A stretch of DNA of 64,000 nucleotides from an uncultured Oscillospiraceae bacterium (GTDB lineage Bacteria > Bacillota > Clostridia > Oscillospirales > Oscillospiraceae): NCBI GenBank assembly GCA_934646185.1, contig CAKUEH010000001.1, positions 168,345 to 232,344 on the forward strand, given 5' to 3'. A program made the position numbers and the translations under genes. The notes below the pieces were generated by a model. That model saw only the letters and a program-made list of their open reading frames with translations, was not told the origin of the DNA and ran no database searches. Positions 10,127 through 19,639 of this stretch are shown here, one piece after another; positions within the stretch are counted from its first letter, which is position 1; the number at the start of each line of letters is the position of its first letter.

Positions 10127-11146
10127 TTATCCGACACTCGCCATGAAGCCGCTGATCTTCTGCGCGGCTTCTTTTTTCATGCCTGCCGTGACGTGCGTGT
10201 ACACGTCCAGCGAAAATTCCGCCGAAGCGTGACCGAGGATCTCCGCGACCGTTTTCGGGTCAATGCCGCTCTGGATTGCCAATGTCGAGAATGTATGTCG
10301 TAAATCGTGAAATCTGACATGTTCTTCGATCCCAGCTTTTTCGAGCAGTTTTTTGTGTATTCTTCCAACGCAGTCCGGCCCATACATCCCGCCGGTCTTG
10401 GGTGACGAGAACATATATGGGCTGAATGGGTGATTCTTTCGGTCTTCGACCAGCAGCCGGATTGCCTCGTCGCTGAGATAGATTTCACGAACCGAATTTT
10501 CCGTTTTCGGTTCTGTCACGACCAGTTCCCCCTTGCCGCGCGACACAGATTTGGACACGGTCAGCGTTTTCGTCTGCAAGTTCAGGTCGCTCCACAGCAG
10601 CGCCACCAGTTCCCCGCGCCGCAGTCCTGTGCTGAGTTCCAGATAGAACATCGGCAGGACGCCCCATTCCTCCGCCGCTTTCAGGTAATCTCGAATTTTA
10701 TCCGGCGGAATGATCTGCATTTTCTTCTTCTCCTTTTTGGGCAGGCGGCAGCCGTTTGCCGGATTGTAGGGAATCAGCCGTTCTGTCACCGCCTGCTCGA
10801 AGCATTGCCGTAACATCGTGTGCAGTCCGCGAATCGTCTTGTTGCTGAGACTCAGATCGTCCATATTTTCGTACCGCTGCACCCGCCCGCGTGCCTTGGC
10901 CTCGTTGTAGAACTTTTGGATTTGCAGCGTCGTGAGCGCCGCCAGTTTGATATTCCCAATATGCGGCACAATATGCCGGTCAATGTAGTTCTTGTAATAT
11001 GCCGCCGTGGACGCGCGGACGGATGGCTTGGCGTAGTTCTCGTACCAGAGCTGCGCCCATTCGCCCACCGTGTAGTCGCGCCGCTTCGTTACATCGATCT
11101 TTTCAATTTCTTCCATCGCCTTTTGCAGTTTTTCCTTGCATTCGCG
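10127..11146 (-). pseudogene. Tyrosine recombinase/integrase, 5'-truncated copy (intact 3' end)
   Basis: Colinear with codons ~59-376 of the ORF 18143-19273 (ORF-track numbering), from ...RECKEKLQKAMEE through HDLRHTF...LGHAS...LDVYTHVTAGMKKEAAQKISGFMASVG. The N-terminal ~45 residues (MAKKRANGEGNIRKRKDGRWEGRY..., the presumed arm-binding region) are replaced by unrelated sequence with no RBS. Confidence 0.8.
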
Positions 11147-11172
11147 AATTCTGCCGAAAAAGCGAAAAAAAC

Positions 11173-11201
11173 TTGACAATCGCCGCGCGATCTTTTATAA
11201 T
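11173..11201 (+). promoter_or_regulatory. Consensus sigma-70-type promoter of the pyr operon
   Basis: TTGACA (11173-11178), 17-nt spacer, TATAAT (11196-11201). AGGAGG at 11221-11226, pyrC ATG at 11233. Confidence 0.7.
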
Positions 11202-11232
11202 GCACCGAGCGCCAAAACACAGGAGGTCAGTT

Positions 11233-12504
11233 ATGCGGATTTGTTTCAAGCATGCCCAGGTATGGAAAGACGGCTCGCTCCGTCCGGCAGATGTTCTTGT
11301 TTCAGACGGCAGAATTGTTTCTATTGGAGATCGTGTTTCCTGCTCCACGGATACTTTTTGTGTTGAAGTTCATAACGCAGTTATTTTTCCCGGTTTCGTT
11401 GATGTGCATGTCCATCTTCGTGAGCCGGGATTTTCTTATAAGGAGACGATCCGCACCGGAACACTCGCGGCGGCGCACGGCGGATTTGCCCACGTGGCGG
11501 CGATGCCGAACCTGAACCCGGTGCCGGACTGCAAGGCGTCACTGGAAGAGGAGCTGCGCCGTATCCGGGAAAGCGCCTTCGTGCATGTGCACCCCTACGG
11601 CGCAATTTCCGTCGGGCAAAAGGGCGAGCAGCTGGCGGATCTGGACGCGATGGCCCCGGAAGTAATTGCATTTTCCGACGATGGAAAGGGCGTACAGTCG
11701 GAGAGTCTGATGCGCGAGGCGATGGAGCAGTGCAGAAGGCTTGGGAAAATTCTGGCCGCGCACTGCGAGGACAATAGCCTGCTTTGCGGCGGCTATATCC
11801 ACGACGGCGCATATGCAAAGGCTCACAGCCACCGGGGCATTTGCTCCGAGAGCGAGTGGAGCCAGATTGCGCGCGATGTGCGCCTGGCAGAGGAGACAGG
11901 CTGTGCATATCATGTGTGCCACGTCTCCACGAAGGAAAGTGTTTCGATCATCCGGGAGGCAAAACGGCGCGGCGTAAATGTAACATGCGAGACAGGGCCG
12001 CATTATCTGGCCTTTACGGAGGATGATTTGCAGGAGGACGGACGGTTCAAGATGAATCCGCCGCTCAGAAGCAGGGAAGACCGCGACGCGCTGATTGAGG
12101 GACTTCTGGACGGAACGATTGACATGATTGTGACCGATCACGCGCCACACAGCCGGGAAGAAAAAGCCCGCGGACTGGAAAAAAGCGCGATGGGCGTTGT
12201 GGGTCTGGAAACCTCCTTTGCCGCCTGCTACACAAGCTTAGTGAAGCCCGGCGTTCTGCCGCTCGGAAAGCTTGTGGATCTGATGCACGACGCGCCGATG
12301 CGCCGCTTTGGCTGCGGCACGGAGCTTGCCATCGGGCAGCCGGCAGATCTGACAGTCTTCAACCTGAGCGAGAGTTATGTAGTAGAGCCGGAACAGTTTT
12401 TGTCGATGGGTCGGGCAACGCCGTTTGCAGGCGTCACGCTCACCGGCGTATGCAAGATGACAATGATTGATGGAAAGATCGTCTGGAAGGAGGAAACGCT
12501 TTGA
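11233..12504 (+). CDS. pyrC: Dihydroorotase
   Basis: MRICFKHAQVWKDG...PGFVDVHVHLREPG...AHCED...TDHAPH motifs. The 78-codon extension in the track overlaps the integrase remnant and promoter. Confidence 0.9.
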   Translation: MRICFKHAQVWKDGSLRPADVLVSDGRIVSIGDRVSCSTDTFCVEVHNAVIFPGFVDVHVHLREPGFSYKETIRTGTLAAAHGGFAHVAAMPNLNPVPDCKASLEEELRRIRESAFVHVHPYGAISVGQKGEQLADLDAMAPEVIAFSDDGKGVQSESLMREAMEQCRRLGKILAAHCEDNSLLCGGYIHDGAYAKAHSHRGICSESEWSQIARDVRLAEETGCAYHVCHVSTKESVSIIREAKRRGVNVTCETGPHYLAFTEDDLQEDGRFKMNPPLRSREDRDALIEGLLDGTIDMIVTDHAPHSREEKARGLEKSAMGVVGLETSFAACYTSLVKPGVLPLGKLVDLMHDAPMRRFGCGTELAIGQPADLTVFNLSESYVVEPEQFLSMGRATPFAGVTLTGVCKMTMIDGKIVWKEETL

Positions 12505-13229
12505 ACGAAGTACGCTTTACACTGACAGAAAACGCGCGGCTTGCGCCGAATGTGTACCGGCTACGTTTGGCAGGGGACGCCTCGGCCATCACCGCGCCAG
12601 GACAGTTCCTGGAGCTCAGTATTCCGGGCTTTTTCCTCAGACGGCCGCTTTCCGTCTGCGACTGGGAGGACGGAAGTGTCACAATTTTATACCGCGCGGT
12701 CGGAGATGGCACAAGGGCGCTGGCCGAAATGAAGCCTGGTCAGACGATTGATGCGCTGTGCGGTCTTGGGAATGGATTTGACGTGACGGCGTGCGGAGAA
12801 AAGACGCTTGTGATCGGCGGGGGCATCGGCGTGCCGCCGATGTACAGCCTTGCAAAGAGGCTCCTTGCGGCTGGGAAAACACCGGCTGCAATTCTTGGAT
12901 TTAATACGGCGAGCGAGATTTTCTACAAAGAAGAATTTGAAGCGCTTGGAATTGAGACGATTCTTGCAACCGCCGATGGAAGCGCGGGTATCAAAGGCTT
13001 TGTAACAGATGCGCTGCCGGAAGCGTTTGACACATTCTGCGCCTGCGGACCGATGCCGATGCTGCGCGCGCTGTGCGCCAGGACGGAAAAGCCGGGCTTT
13101 TTGAGTCTGGAAGCGCGGATGGGCTGCGGCTTTGGCGCGTGCATGGGTTGCACCATTGAGACAGCACATGGGCCGAAACGGGTCTGCAAGGAAGGACCCG
13201 TGTTCCGAAAGGAGGAACTGATATGGTGA
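12501..13229 (+). CDS. pyrK: Dihydroorotate dehydrogenase B electron-transfer subunit
   Basis: FAD/NAD-binding fold plus a C-terminal CGFGACMGC Fe-S motif. TTG start overlaps the pyrC stop. GGAAGGAGG RBS. Confidence 0.85.
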   Translation: MNEVRFTLTENARLAPNVYRLRLAGDASAITAPGQFLELSIPGFFLRRPLSVCDWEDGSVTILYRAVGDGTRALAEMKPGQTIDALCGLGNGFDVTACGEKTLVIGGGIGVPPMYSLAKRLLAAGKTPAAILGFNTASEIFYKEEFEALGIETILATADGSAGIKGFVTDALPEAFDTFCACGPMPMLRALCARTEKPGFLSLEARMGCGFGACMGCTIETAHGPKRVCKEGPVFRKEELIW

Positions 13230-14140
13230 GGGCAGCAGTTTCACTCTGCGGCATTGAGCTCGACAACCCCGTCATTCCGGCCAGCGGAACTTTTGGCTAC
13301 GGGTACACGTTTGCAGAACTCTACGATATCGATTGCCTTGGAACCTTTTCCTTTAAAGGAACGACACGCGAGCAGCGCCTTGGAAACGCGCAGCCGCGCA
13401 TTGCAGAGACGCCCGGCGGTATGCTCAACGCCGTGGGCCTGCAAAACCCGGGTGTGGACACGGTGATAGCAGAAGAGCTTCCGCGGCTCAAGCAGGTTTT
13501 TCACAAGCCGGTCATGGCGAATGTGAGCGGGTTTTCGATCGAAGAGTACGTTGAGGTCTGCCGGAAGCTTGACGCATGCGAGCAGGTCGGCTGGCTGGAA
13601 GTGAATATTTCCTGCCCGAACGTCCACGGCGGCGGCCTCGCCTTCGGAACGGATCCGAAAGCTGCTGCAAGCGTCACAAGGGCAGTAAAGGCTGCGGTCA
13701 AAAAGCCCGTTATTGTGAAGCTTTCTCCGAATGTCACAAGCATTGCGGATATCGCCAGGGCGTGCGAAGATGCGGGCGCGGATGCGGTGAGCTTAATCAA
13801 CACGGTGCTTGGCATGCGCATCGACCTGCGCGCGAAGCGGCCGCTGCTGGCAAACAAAACGGGCGGCATGTCCGGTCCAGCAATTTTTCCGCTTGCCGTG
13901 CGGATGGTCTGGCAGGTCTATGAGGCGGTCAGAATTCCGATCATCGGCATGGGCGGCGTGACGCGCGCGGAAGATGTGCTGGAGCTGATGCTGGCCGGAG
14001 CAACGGCGGTGGAGGTCGGCGCGGCAAACTTGGTGAATCCCTATGCCTGCCGCGATATTGTCCGGGATCTTCCGCAGGCAATGCAGAACTACAACATACA
14101 GAATCTGAAAGATATCATAGGAGGTGCACACCATGGGTAA
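13223..14140 (+). CDS. pyrD: Dihydroorotate dehydrogenase B catalytic subunit
   Basis: [15 protein letters not shown]...NISCPNV...[10 protein letters not shown] motifs. AGGAGG RBS. Confidence 0.9.
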   Translation: MVRAAVSLCGIELDNPVIPASGTFGYGYTFAELYDIDCLGTFSFKGTTREQRLGNAQPRIAETPGGMLNAVGLQNPGVDTVIAEELPRLKQVFHKPVMANVSGFSIEEYVEVCRKLDACEQVGWLEVNISCPNVHGGGLAFGTDPKAAASVTRAVKAAVKKPVIVKLSPNVTSIADIARACEDAGADAVSLINTVLGMRIDLRAKRPLLANKTGGMSGPAIFPLAVRMVWQVYEAVRIPIIGMGGVTRAEDVLELMLAGATAVEVGAANLVNPYACRDIVRDLPQAMQNYNIQNLKDIIGGAHHG

Positions 14141-14831
14141 AGACGTAATCATCGCTCTGGATTTTGACAGCCGCGAAAAGACGCTGGCCTTTCTCGATCA
14201 GTTCACAGACCGCAAGCCGTTTGTGAAGATCGGCATGGAGCTGTTCTATGCCGAGGGTCCGTCCATCGTCCGCGAAATCAAGGCAAGGGGTCACAAAATC
14301 TTCCTGGACCTCAAGCTCCACGACATTCCGAACACAGTCAAAAAGGCGATGGCGGTGCTCTCGGCGCTTGATGTGGATATGGTGAACCTGCATGCGGCAG
14401 GCACGCGCGCGATGATGACAGCCGCTCTGGAGGGTCTTACCCGCGCAGACGGAACGAGACCGCTTCTTATTGCCGTTACGCAGCTGACCTCGACAAGCCA
14501 GCAGAGCATGGAAGATGAGATTGAAATTCACAAGGAGCTTTCCGAGGTCGTCATCGACTACGCGAAAAACGCGGAGCTGGCGGGACTTGACGGCGTGGTC
14601 TGTTCGCCGCTGGAGGCAGGCAAGATTCATGAGGCCTGCGGCAAACACTTTGCCACGGTCACACCCGGCATCCGCTTTGCAGACAGCAAGGCAGACGACC
14701 AGGTGCGCATCACAACTCCGGCACGCGCACGGGAGATTGGCTCTGACTACATTGTAGTTGGCCGTCCCATTACCCAGGCGGCCGACCCGGTTGCGGCGTA
14801 TCTGCGGTGCGCAGAAGAGTTCGCGGGGTAA
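14133..14831 (+). CDS. pyrF: Orotidine 5'-phosphate decarboxylase
   Basis: [11 protein letters not shown]...KIGMELF...[12 protein letters not shown] motifs. AGGAGG lies 8 nt upstream. Confidence 0.9.
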   Translation: MGKDVIIALDFDSREKTLAFLDQFTDRKPFVKIGMELFYAEGPSIVREIKARGHKIFLDLKLHDIPNTVKKAMAVLSALDVDMVNLHAAGTRAMMTAALEGLTRADGTRPLLIAVTQLTSTSQQSMEDEIEIHKELSEVVIDYAKNAELAGLDGVVCSPLEAGKIHEACGKHFATVTPGIRFADSKADDQVRITTPARAREIGSDYIVVGRPITQAADPVAAYLRCAEEFAG

Positions 14832-14834
14832 GCG

Positions 14835-16145
14835 ATGCAGGAGCGTATCATTTTATTCGATCTGGACGGCACGCTGACCGATTCCGGTCCCGGCATTATG
14901 AAGGCCTCGCAGTTTGCGCTGCGCGCGTATGGGGTGGAGAGAGACTGGCAGGAGCTTGACTTTTTTGTCGGGCCGCCGCTTGACGAGACGTTCGGTCAGT
15001 TTATGCCGAAAGAGGATATCCCGGGCGCGATTGACCAGTTCCGCGTGTACTACCATGACGTCGGATGGTTAGAGAACGAGCCGTACCCGGGTGTGCGCGA
15101 GATGCTGGACACGCTGCAAAAAAACGGCTTTCGGCTGTTTGTGGCAACCTCGAAGCTCGAGAGCATGGCCGTGCAGGTGCTGGGGCATTTCGGCCTGGCG
15201 CCGTATTTTGAAGCGATCTGCGGCGCGCCGGGCGATAATACGCAGGCAGGAAAAAAGGTGAATGTAATCCGCGCGGCGCTGCAAAAAGCAGGCTGCACCG
15301 ACCTTACGCAGGCGATGATTGTGGGCGACCGCAAGCACGATATCATTGGCGGCAAGCTGGCAGGCATCCGGACAGCCGGAATTTTGTACGGCTACGGAAG
15401 CCGGGAAGAGCTTGCGCAGGCAGGCGCAGATCTGATCTGCCGGACACCGGAGGAATTTACGAAGATCATGTTATCAGAACAACAGGAGGACAAGCGCATG
15501 AACGCAACAGAACGCAAAATTGCAGAGGATTTACTTTCCATCCGCGCCGTGTTTTTCCGGCCGGACGAGCCGTTTACCTGGGCCAGCGGCATCAAGAGCC
15601 CGGTCTACTGCGACAATCGCCTGATTCTCACTGCACCCGATGTGCGCACGGAGGTGGAGACGGCGATCATGCAGACCATTGAGCGCGAATATCCGCAGGC
15701 GGAGGTGCTTATGGGCACGAGCACGGCAGGTATCGCGCACGCGGCCATTGTCGGACACATGATGAAGCTTCCAATGGGCTATGTCCGCGGCTCGAGCAAG
15801 GACCATGGCCGGCAGAACCAGATCGAAGGAAGACTTGAAAAGGGTCAGAAGGTCGTAGTGGTGGAGGACCTCATTTCCACCGGCGGAAGCGTTCTGGACG
15901 TGGTGAAGGTTCTGCGCGCGGCAGGCGCGGAGGTGCTCGGTGTGGTGAGCATCTTCACCTACGGCATGAAAAAGGGTCTCGAGCGGCTGGCCGCGGCAAA
16001 CGTGAAGAACGTGAGCCTGACAAATTTTGATGTGATCGCTGCTGTTGCAGCGGAGCAGAACTATATCAAGCAAGAAGACGTTGTCCGGCTGATTCAGTTC
16101 CGGAACAACCCCGCAGACGAATCCTGGATTGGAGGTAACAACTGA
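14835..16145 (+). CDS. pyrE: In-frame fusion of a HAD-superfamily phosphatase (PGP-like) and orotate phosphoribosyltransferase
   Basis: N-terminal half [13 protein letters not shown]...[11 protein letters not shown] (HAD motifs I-IV). C-terminal half from [13 protein letters not shown]... with [13 protein letters not shown] (PRPP-binding loop). No stop between the halves. An internal CAGGAGGA plus ATG sits at 15498, in frame. Confidence 0.85.
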   Translation: MQERIILFDLDGTLTDSGPGIMKASQFALRAYGVERDWQELDFFVGPPLDETFGQFMPKEDIPGAIDQFRVYYHDVGWLENEPYPGVREMLDTLQKNGFRLFVATSKLESMAVQVLGHFGLAPYFEAICGAPGDNTQAGKKVNVIRAALQKAGCTDLTQAMIVGDRKHDIIGGKLAGIRTAGILYGYGSREELAQAGADLICRTPEEFTKIMLSEQQEDKRMNATERKIAEDLLSIRAVFFRPDEPFTWASGIKSPVYCDNRLILTAPDVRTEVETAIMQTIEREYPQAEVLMGTSTAGIAHAAIVGHMMKLPMGYVRGSSKDHGRQNQIEGRLEKGQKVVVVEDLISTGGSVLDVVKVLRAAGAEVLGVVSIFTYGMKKGLERLAAANVKNVSLTNFDVIAAVAAEQNYIKQEDVVRLIQFRNNPADESWIGGNN

Positions 16146-16146
16146 T

Positions 16147-17061
16147 ATGAACCATCTGATTGACATTTTGCAGCTGAGCACGCAGGAAATCGACGAGCTG
16201 GTCGAAAAGGCCAAGGATATCATCGCAAACCCCGAGGCATATGCCCACAAGTGCGACGGTAAAATTCTGGCCACGCTCTTCTTTGAGCCCTCAACCCGTA
16301 CAAGACTGAGCTTTGAATCGGCCATGCTGAGCCTGGGCGGTAAGACACTTGGCTTCTCGTCCGCTAACAGCTCTTCCGCAGCAAAGGGCGAGAGCGTAGC
16401 GGATACGGTGCGCACGGTCAGCTGCTACGCAGACATCATTGCCATGCGCCACCCGAAGGAGGGCGCGCCGCTTGTCGCTTCGATGCGCTCGGAGGTTCCG
16501 GTCATCAACGCAGGCGACGGCGGACACAACCATCCGACCCAGACGCTCACAGACCTTCTGACAATCAACCGCGAAAAGGGCCGCTTCAACGATCTGACGG
16601 TCGGCTTCTGCGGAGACCTCAAGTTTGGACGCACGGTCCATTCGCTCATCAGCGCACTCAGCCGCTACACCGGCATCAAGTTTGTGCTTGTCTCGCCGGA
16701 GGAGCTGAAACTGCCGAGCTATGTGAAAAACGAGGTCATCAAGAAGAACAACATCCCCTATGAGCAGACGACCGATCTGGAATCCGTGATGCCGGAGCTC
16801 GACATTCTCTACATGACCCGCGTGCAGCGCGAGCGCTTCTTCAACGAGGAAGACTATCTGCGTCTGAAAGACAGCTATATCCTGACGCCGGAAAAGCTCA
16901 AAAACGCGAAGCAGGATCTTTGCATCATGCACCCGCTGCCCCGTGTCAATGAAATTTCCGTCGCGGTCGACGACGACCCGAGAGCCTGCTATTTCAAGCA
17001 GGTTCGCAACGGCCGGTATATCCGCATGGCTCTGATTATGAAGATGCTTGGTATCGAATAA
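16147..17061 (+). CDS. pyrB: Aspartate carbamoyltransferase catalytic subunit
   Basis: [10 protein letters not shown]...[13 protein letters not shown]...HPTQ...HPLPR motifs. Confidence 0.9.
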   Translation: MNHLIDILQLSTQEIDELVEKAKDIIANPEAYAHKCDGKILATLFFEPSTRTRLSFESAMLSLGGKTLGFSSANSSSAAKGESVADTVRTVSCYADIIAMRHPKEGAPLVASMRSEVPVINAGDGGHNHPTQTLTDLLTINREKGRFNDLTVGFCGDLKFGRTVHSLISALSRYTGIKFVLVSPEELKLPSYVKNEVIKKNNIPYEQTTDLESVMPELDILYMTRVQRERFFNEEDYLRLKDSYILTPEKLKNAKQDLCIMHPLPRVNEISVAVDDDPRACYFKQVRNGRYIRMALIMKMLGIE

Positions 17062-17076
17062 GGGAGGTTCTGAAAG

Positions 17077-17499
17077 ATGATTATTGATGCAATTTCCAAT
17101 GGCATTGTTATTGACCACATTACTGCCGGTAAGGCCATGTATTTATATAAGGTACTGGAGCTTGACAAGCTCGATTGCTCGGTGGCGCTGCTCAAAAACG
17201 TTGTCAGCAATAAGCTTGGCCGCAAGGACATCATCAAAATTGACCGCATTCTGGATCTGGACTGGGACGTGATCGGCTATGTTGACCCGGGCATTACGGT
17301 GAACTTCATCAAGGACGGCAAGCAGGTGGAAAAGCGCCAGCTCAAGCTCCCGACGCGGATCAAAAATGTCATCCACTGCAAAAACCCGCGCTGCATAACC
17401 TCCGTGGAACAGGAGCTTCCGCAGATATTCACGCTGACCGACCCGGCGACACGCACATACCGCTGCCTGTACTGCGAGGCAAAGGCAGAAAACGTCTGA
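17077..17499 (+). CDS. pyrI: Aspartate carbamoyltransferase regulatory subunit
   Basis: 140 aa. C-terminal Zn motif CKNPRCIT...YRCLYCE. GGGAGG RBS. Confidence 0.9.
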   Translation: MIIDAISNGIVIDHITAGKAMYLYKVLELDKLDCSVALLKNVVSNKLGRKDIIKIDRILDLDWDVIGYVDPGITVNFIKDGKQVEKRQLKLPTRIKNVIHCKNPRCITSVEQELPQIFTLTDPATRTYRCLYCEAKAENV

Positions 17500-17521
17500 T
17501 TGAAAGAATAGTAAAACACAG

Positions 17522-17550
17522 CCACCGGCTTCGCCGGTGGTTGTTCTTAT
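17522..17550. terminator. pyr operon terminator (bidirectional hairpin)
   Basis: CCACCGGC TTC GCCGGTGG followed by TTGTTCTT. Confidence 0.7.
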
Positions 17551-17643
17551 GCGGGCATAGCCCTCTATTCCTCGCGGACGCGTTAAACGCGTAATTCTTT
17601 CTGCCAGCCGCGAGCGGACTGCATCCATCTGTTTTTGTACCGT

Positions 17644-18158
17644 CTAATTGTTGAGGTAGCTAAAGCAGAACCAGAAGCCGTCGCGCACGAGTAGTTTTTG
17701 CCGCAGAGCATCGGCTTTTTCCGTCTCGCTGTGCGCTTCCAACAGTACGCACAAACCATAAGCCGTCATGGCAAACTGCAGATCGTCCTCTTCCGCGTCC
17801 AGCTCCGCCAGCATATCCTCTATCGGCGCAAAGCCAGCCGCCGCGCGCATAGCTTTCTCATACGCCGTGTGGTGCCCGACGTACATATCCGGGCGGTAAT
17901 GCTGCTGCAAGGTCTTTTGCTCCTCGTCCGCTTGCCCCGCACGAAGCTGCGAGAGTACCAGCCAGTAAACATCCGCAATATACATATCGTCGTCCTGCGG
18001 CGCGATGGCGAGCGCACCAGCAAAGGCGGCGGTCGCCGCATCATAGTTTTGCAGCATATACTGCGCCATACCAACGCGGTAGCGCGACTCGACGCTCACG
18101 CCGTCCGCCTGTTCGCAGCGGGTATAATCCGCGAGCGCCTGCTTAAATTGCAGCGTAA
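17644..18158 (-). pseudogene. 5'-truncated helical-repeat (TPR-like) protein gene fragment
   Basis: Reading frame ...LQFKQALADYTRCEQADGVSVESRYRVGMAQYMLQNYDAATAAFAGALAIAPQDDD... runs to a stop at 17644. Upstream it runs straight into the integrase 3' breakpoint, with no start or RBS of its own. Confidence 0.45.
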
Positions 18159-19237
18159 ACGTCCAGCGAGAATTCCGCCGAGGCGTGACCGAGGATCTCC
18201 GCGACTGTTTTTGGGTCAATGCCGCTCTGGATTGCTAACGTTGAGAACGTGTGTCTGAGATCGTGGAACCGGACGTGCTCCTCGATTCCTGCCTTTTCCA
18301 GCACCTTCTTATGAATCCGCCCGACGCAGTCCGGACCGTACATCCCGCCGGTCTTGGGTGACGGGAACATATATGGGCTGAATGGGTGATTCTTTCGGTC
18401 TTCGACCAGCAGCCGGATTGCCTCGTCGCTGAGATAGATTTCACGAACCGAATTTTCCGTTTTCGGTTCTGTCACGACCAGTTCTCCCTTGCCGCGCGAC
18501 ACGGATTTGGACACGGTCAGCGTTTTCGTCTGCAAGTTCAGGTCGCTCCACAGCAGTGCCACCAGCTCGCCGCGCCGAAGTCCGGTACTCAGTTCCAGAT
18601 AGAACATCGACAGGACGCCCCATTCTTCCGCTGCTTTCAGGTAGTCGCGGATTTTCTCCGGCGGGATGATCTGCATTTTCTTCTTCTCTTTTTTGGGCAG
18701 GCGGCAGCCGTTTGCCGGATTGTAGGGAATCAGCCGCTCCGTCACTGCCTGCTCCAGGCACTGCCGCAGCATCGTGTGTAAGCCGTGGATGGTCTTGTTG
18801 CTGAGACTCAGATCGTCCATGTTTTCGTACCGCTGCACTCTGCCGTGCGCTTTCGTTTCATTGTAGAATTTCTGGATCTGCAGCGTTGTGAGCGCCGTCA
18901 GCTTGATGTCCCCGATGCGCGTCACGACATGCTGGTCGATGTAGTTCTTGTAATATGCCGCCGTGGATGCGCGGACGGATGGCTTGGCGTATTTCTCGTA
19001 CCAGAGCTGTGCCCATTCCCCAACCGTGTAATCCCGACGCTTCGTCACATCGATCTTCTCAAGCTCCTCCATTGCTTTCTGGAGTTTCTCCTTGCATTCG
19101 CGCTGCGTCCTCGCGAGGACACTTTTCGCGATTGGTTTCCCCGTCTCCGGATCGATACCTGCCGTGTAACGCCCTTCCCAGCGTCCGTCCTTCCGCTTGC
19201 GGATATTGCCCTCGCCGTTTGCCCGTTTTTTCGCCAT
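18143..19237 (-). CDS. Tyrosine recombinase/integrase, intact 5' end, C-terminal tail replaced
   Basis: MAKKRANGEGNIRKRKDGRWEGRYTAGIDPETGKPI... (N-terminal DNA-binding region), SAM-like core-binding domain, then catalytic R...HDLRH...LGHAS...LDVY followed by AAI-stop instead of THVTAGMKKEAAQKISGFMASVG. GGAAAGGGGA RBS. Catalytic residues are retained, so it may still be active. Confidence 0.8.
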   Translation of the reverse strand: MAKKRANGEGNIRKRKDGRWEGRYTAGIDPETGKPIAKSVLARTQRECKEKLQKAMEELEKIDVTKRRDYTVGEWAQLWYEKYAKPSVRASTAAYYKNYIDQHVVTRIGDIKLTALTTLQIQKFYNETKAHGRVQRYENMDDLSLSNKTIHGLHTMLRQCLEQAVTERLIPYNPANGCRLPKKEKKKMQIIPPEKIRDYLKAAEEWGVLSMFYLELSTGLRRGELVALLWSDLNLQTKTLTVSKSVSRGKGELVVTEPKTENSVREIYLSDEAIRLLVEDRKNHPFSPYMFPSPKTGGMYGPDCVGRIHKKVLEKAGIEEHVRFHDLRHTFSTLAIQSGIDPKTVAEILGHASAEFSLDVYAAI

Positions 19238-19300
19238 CTGTGTTCCCCTTTCCGTTTTTGGTAACACAAACAACTACCACAGAAAAGTGAGAAAGTCTAA

Positions 19301-19460
19301 GGAAGCTCTGATTAAATCAGCGGCTGTGGACGGCGAGAGATTTTTCGTCAAGACAAGGTTTGAAAAGTGAAGGAATACTGTATGTATTTCTCGCTTTTCA
19401 AACCGCAGGATTGGCGGAAAAGATCCGTCGTCCGCGGTCGGTGATTTAATCAGAGCTTCC
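19301..19460 (+). repeat. ~160-nt imperfect palindromic structured element, copy 1
   Basis: 19-nt terminal inverted repeats GGAAGCTCTGATTAAATCA / TGATTTAATCAGAGCTTCC. The interior pairs along its length. It shares a conserved core (GGCGAGAGATTTT...AGGAATACT.T.TGTATTTC...AAAAGATCCG) with 42916-43076. Confidence 0.7.
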
Positions 19461-19521
19461 CTGGCAATTTTTTGAAAAATTCGGACATTTTTCAGACTCC
19501 GGCATCACGGTTAAAACGCTT

Positions 19522-19553
19522 ATTCTTTGTTTGCTGCGGCGCAGTTTTTGCGT
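19522..19553 (+). repeat. Copy C of the three-copy motif
   Basis: ATTCTTTGTTTGCTGCGGCGCAGTTTTTGCG. Compare 9700-9741 and 975-1006. Confidence 0.5.
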
Positions 19554-19639
19554 CAGTTAAAATAGCACAGTATAGTAAAATTCTGGCTGCTAAACCTACA
19601 GCAGCCAAAATTGATTATGTAGTAGATGAAGCATTCCGA

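Noticed and set aside
11145-18173. GAATTC (EcoRI) sites at 11145-11150, on the integrase/pyr junction, and at 18168-18173, about 10 nt inside the other junction. These hinted at an engineered insert.
   Set aside because: GAATTC occurs at least a dozen times in the window, so chance proximity is not extreme. The two integrase copies are heavily diverged in a natural-looking mosaic. I treat it as coincidence unless strain provenance says otherwise.
19301-19460. The idea that the ~160-nt long hairpins are 6S RNA genes, integron attC sites or invertible promoters.
   Set aside because: There is no large central bubble as in 6S RNA. No IntI-type integrase or cassette array is present. The whole element is palindromic, so inversion would barely change it. 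These remain hypotheses to test and were not called.
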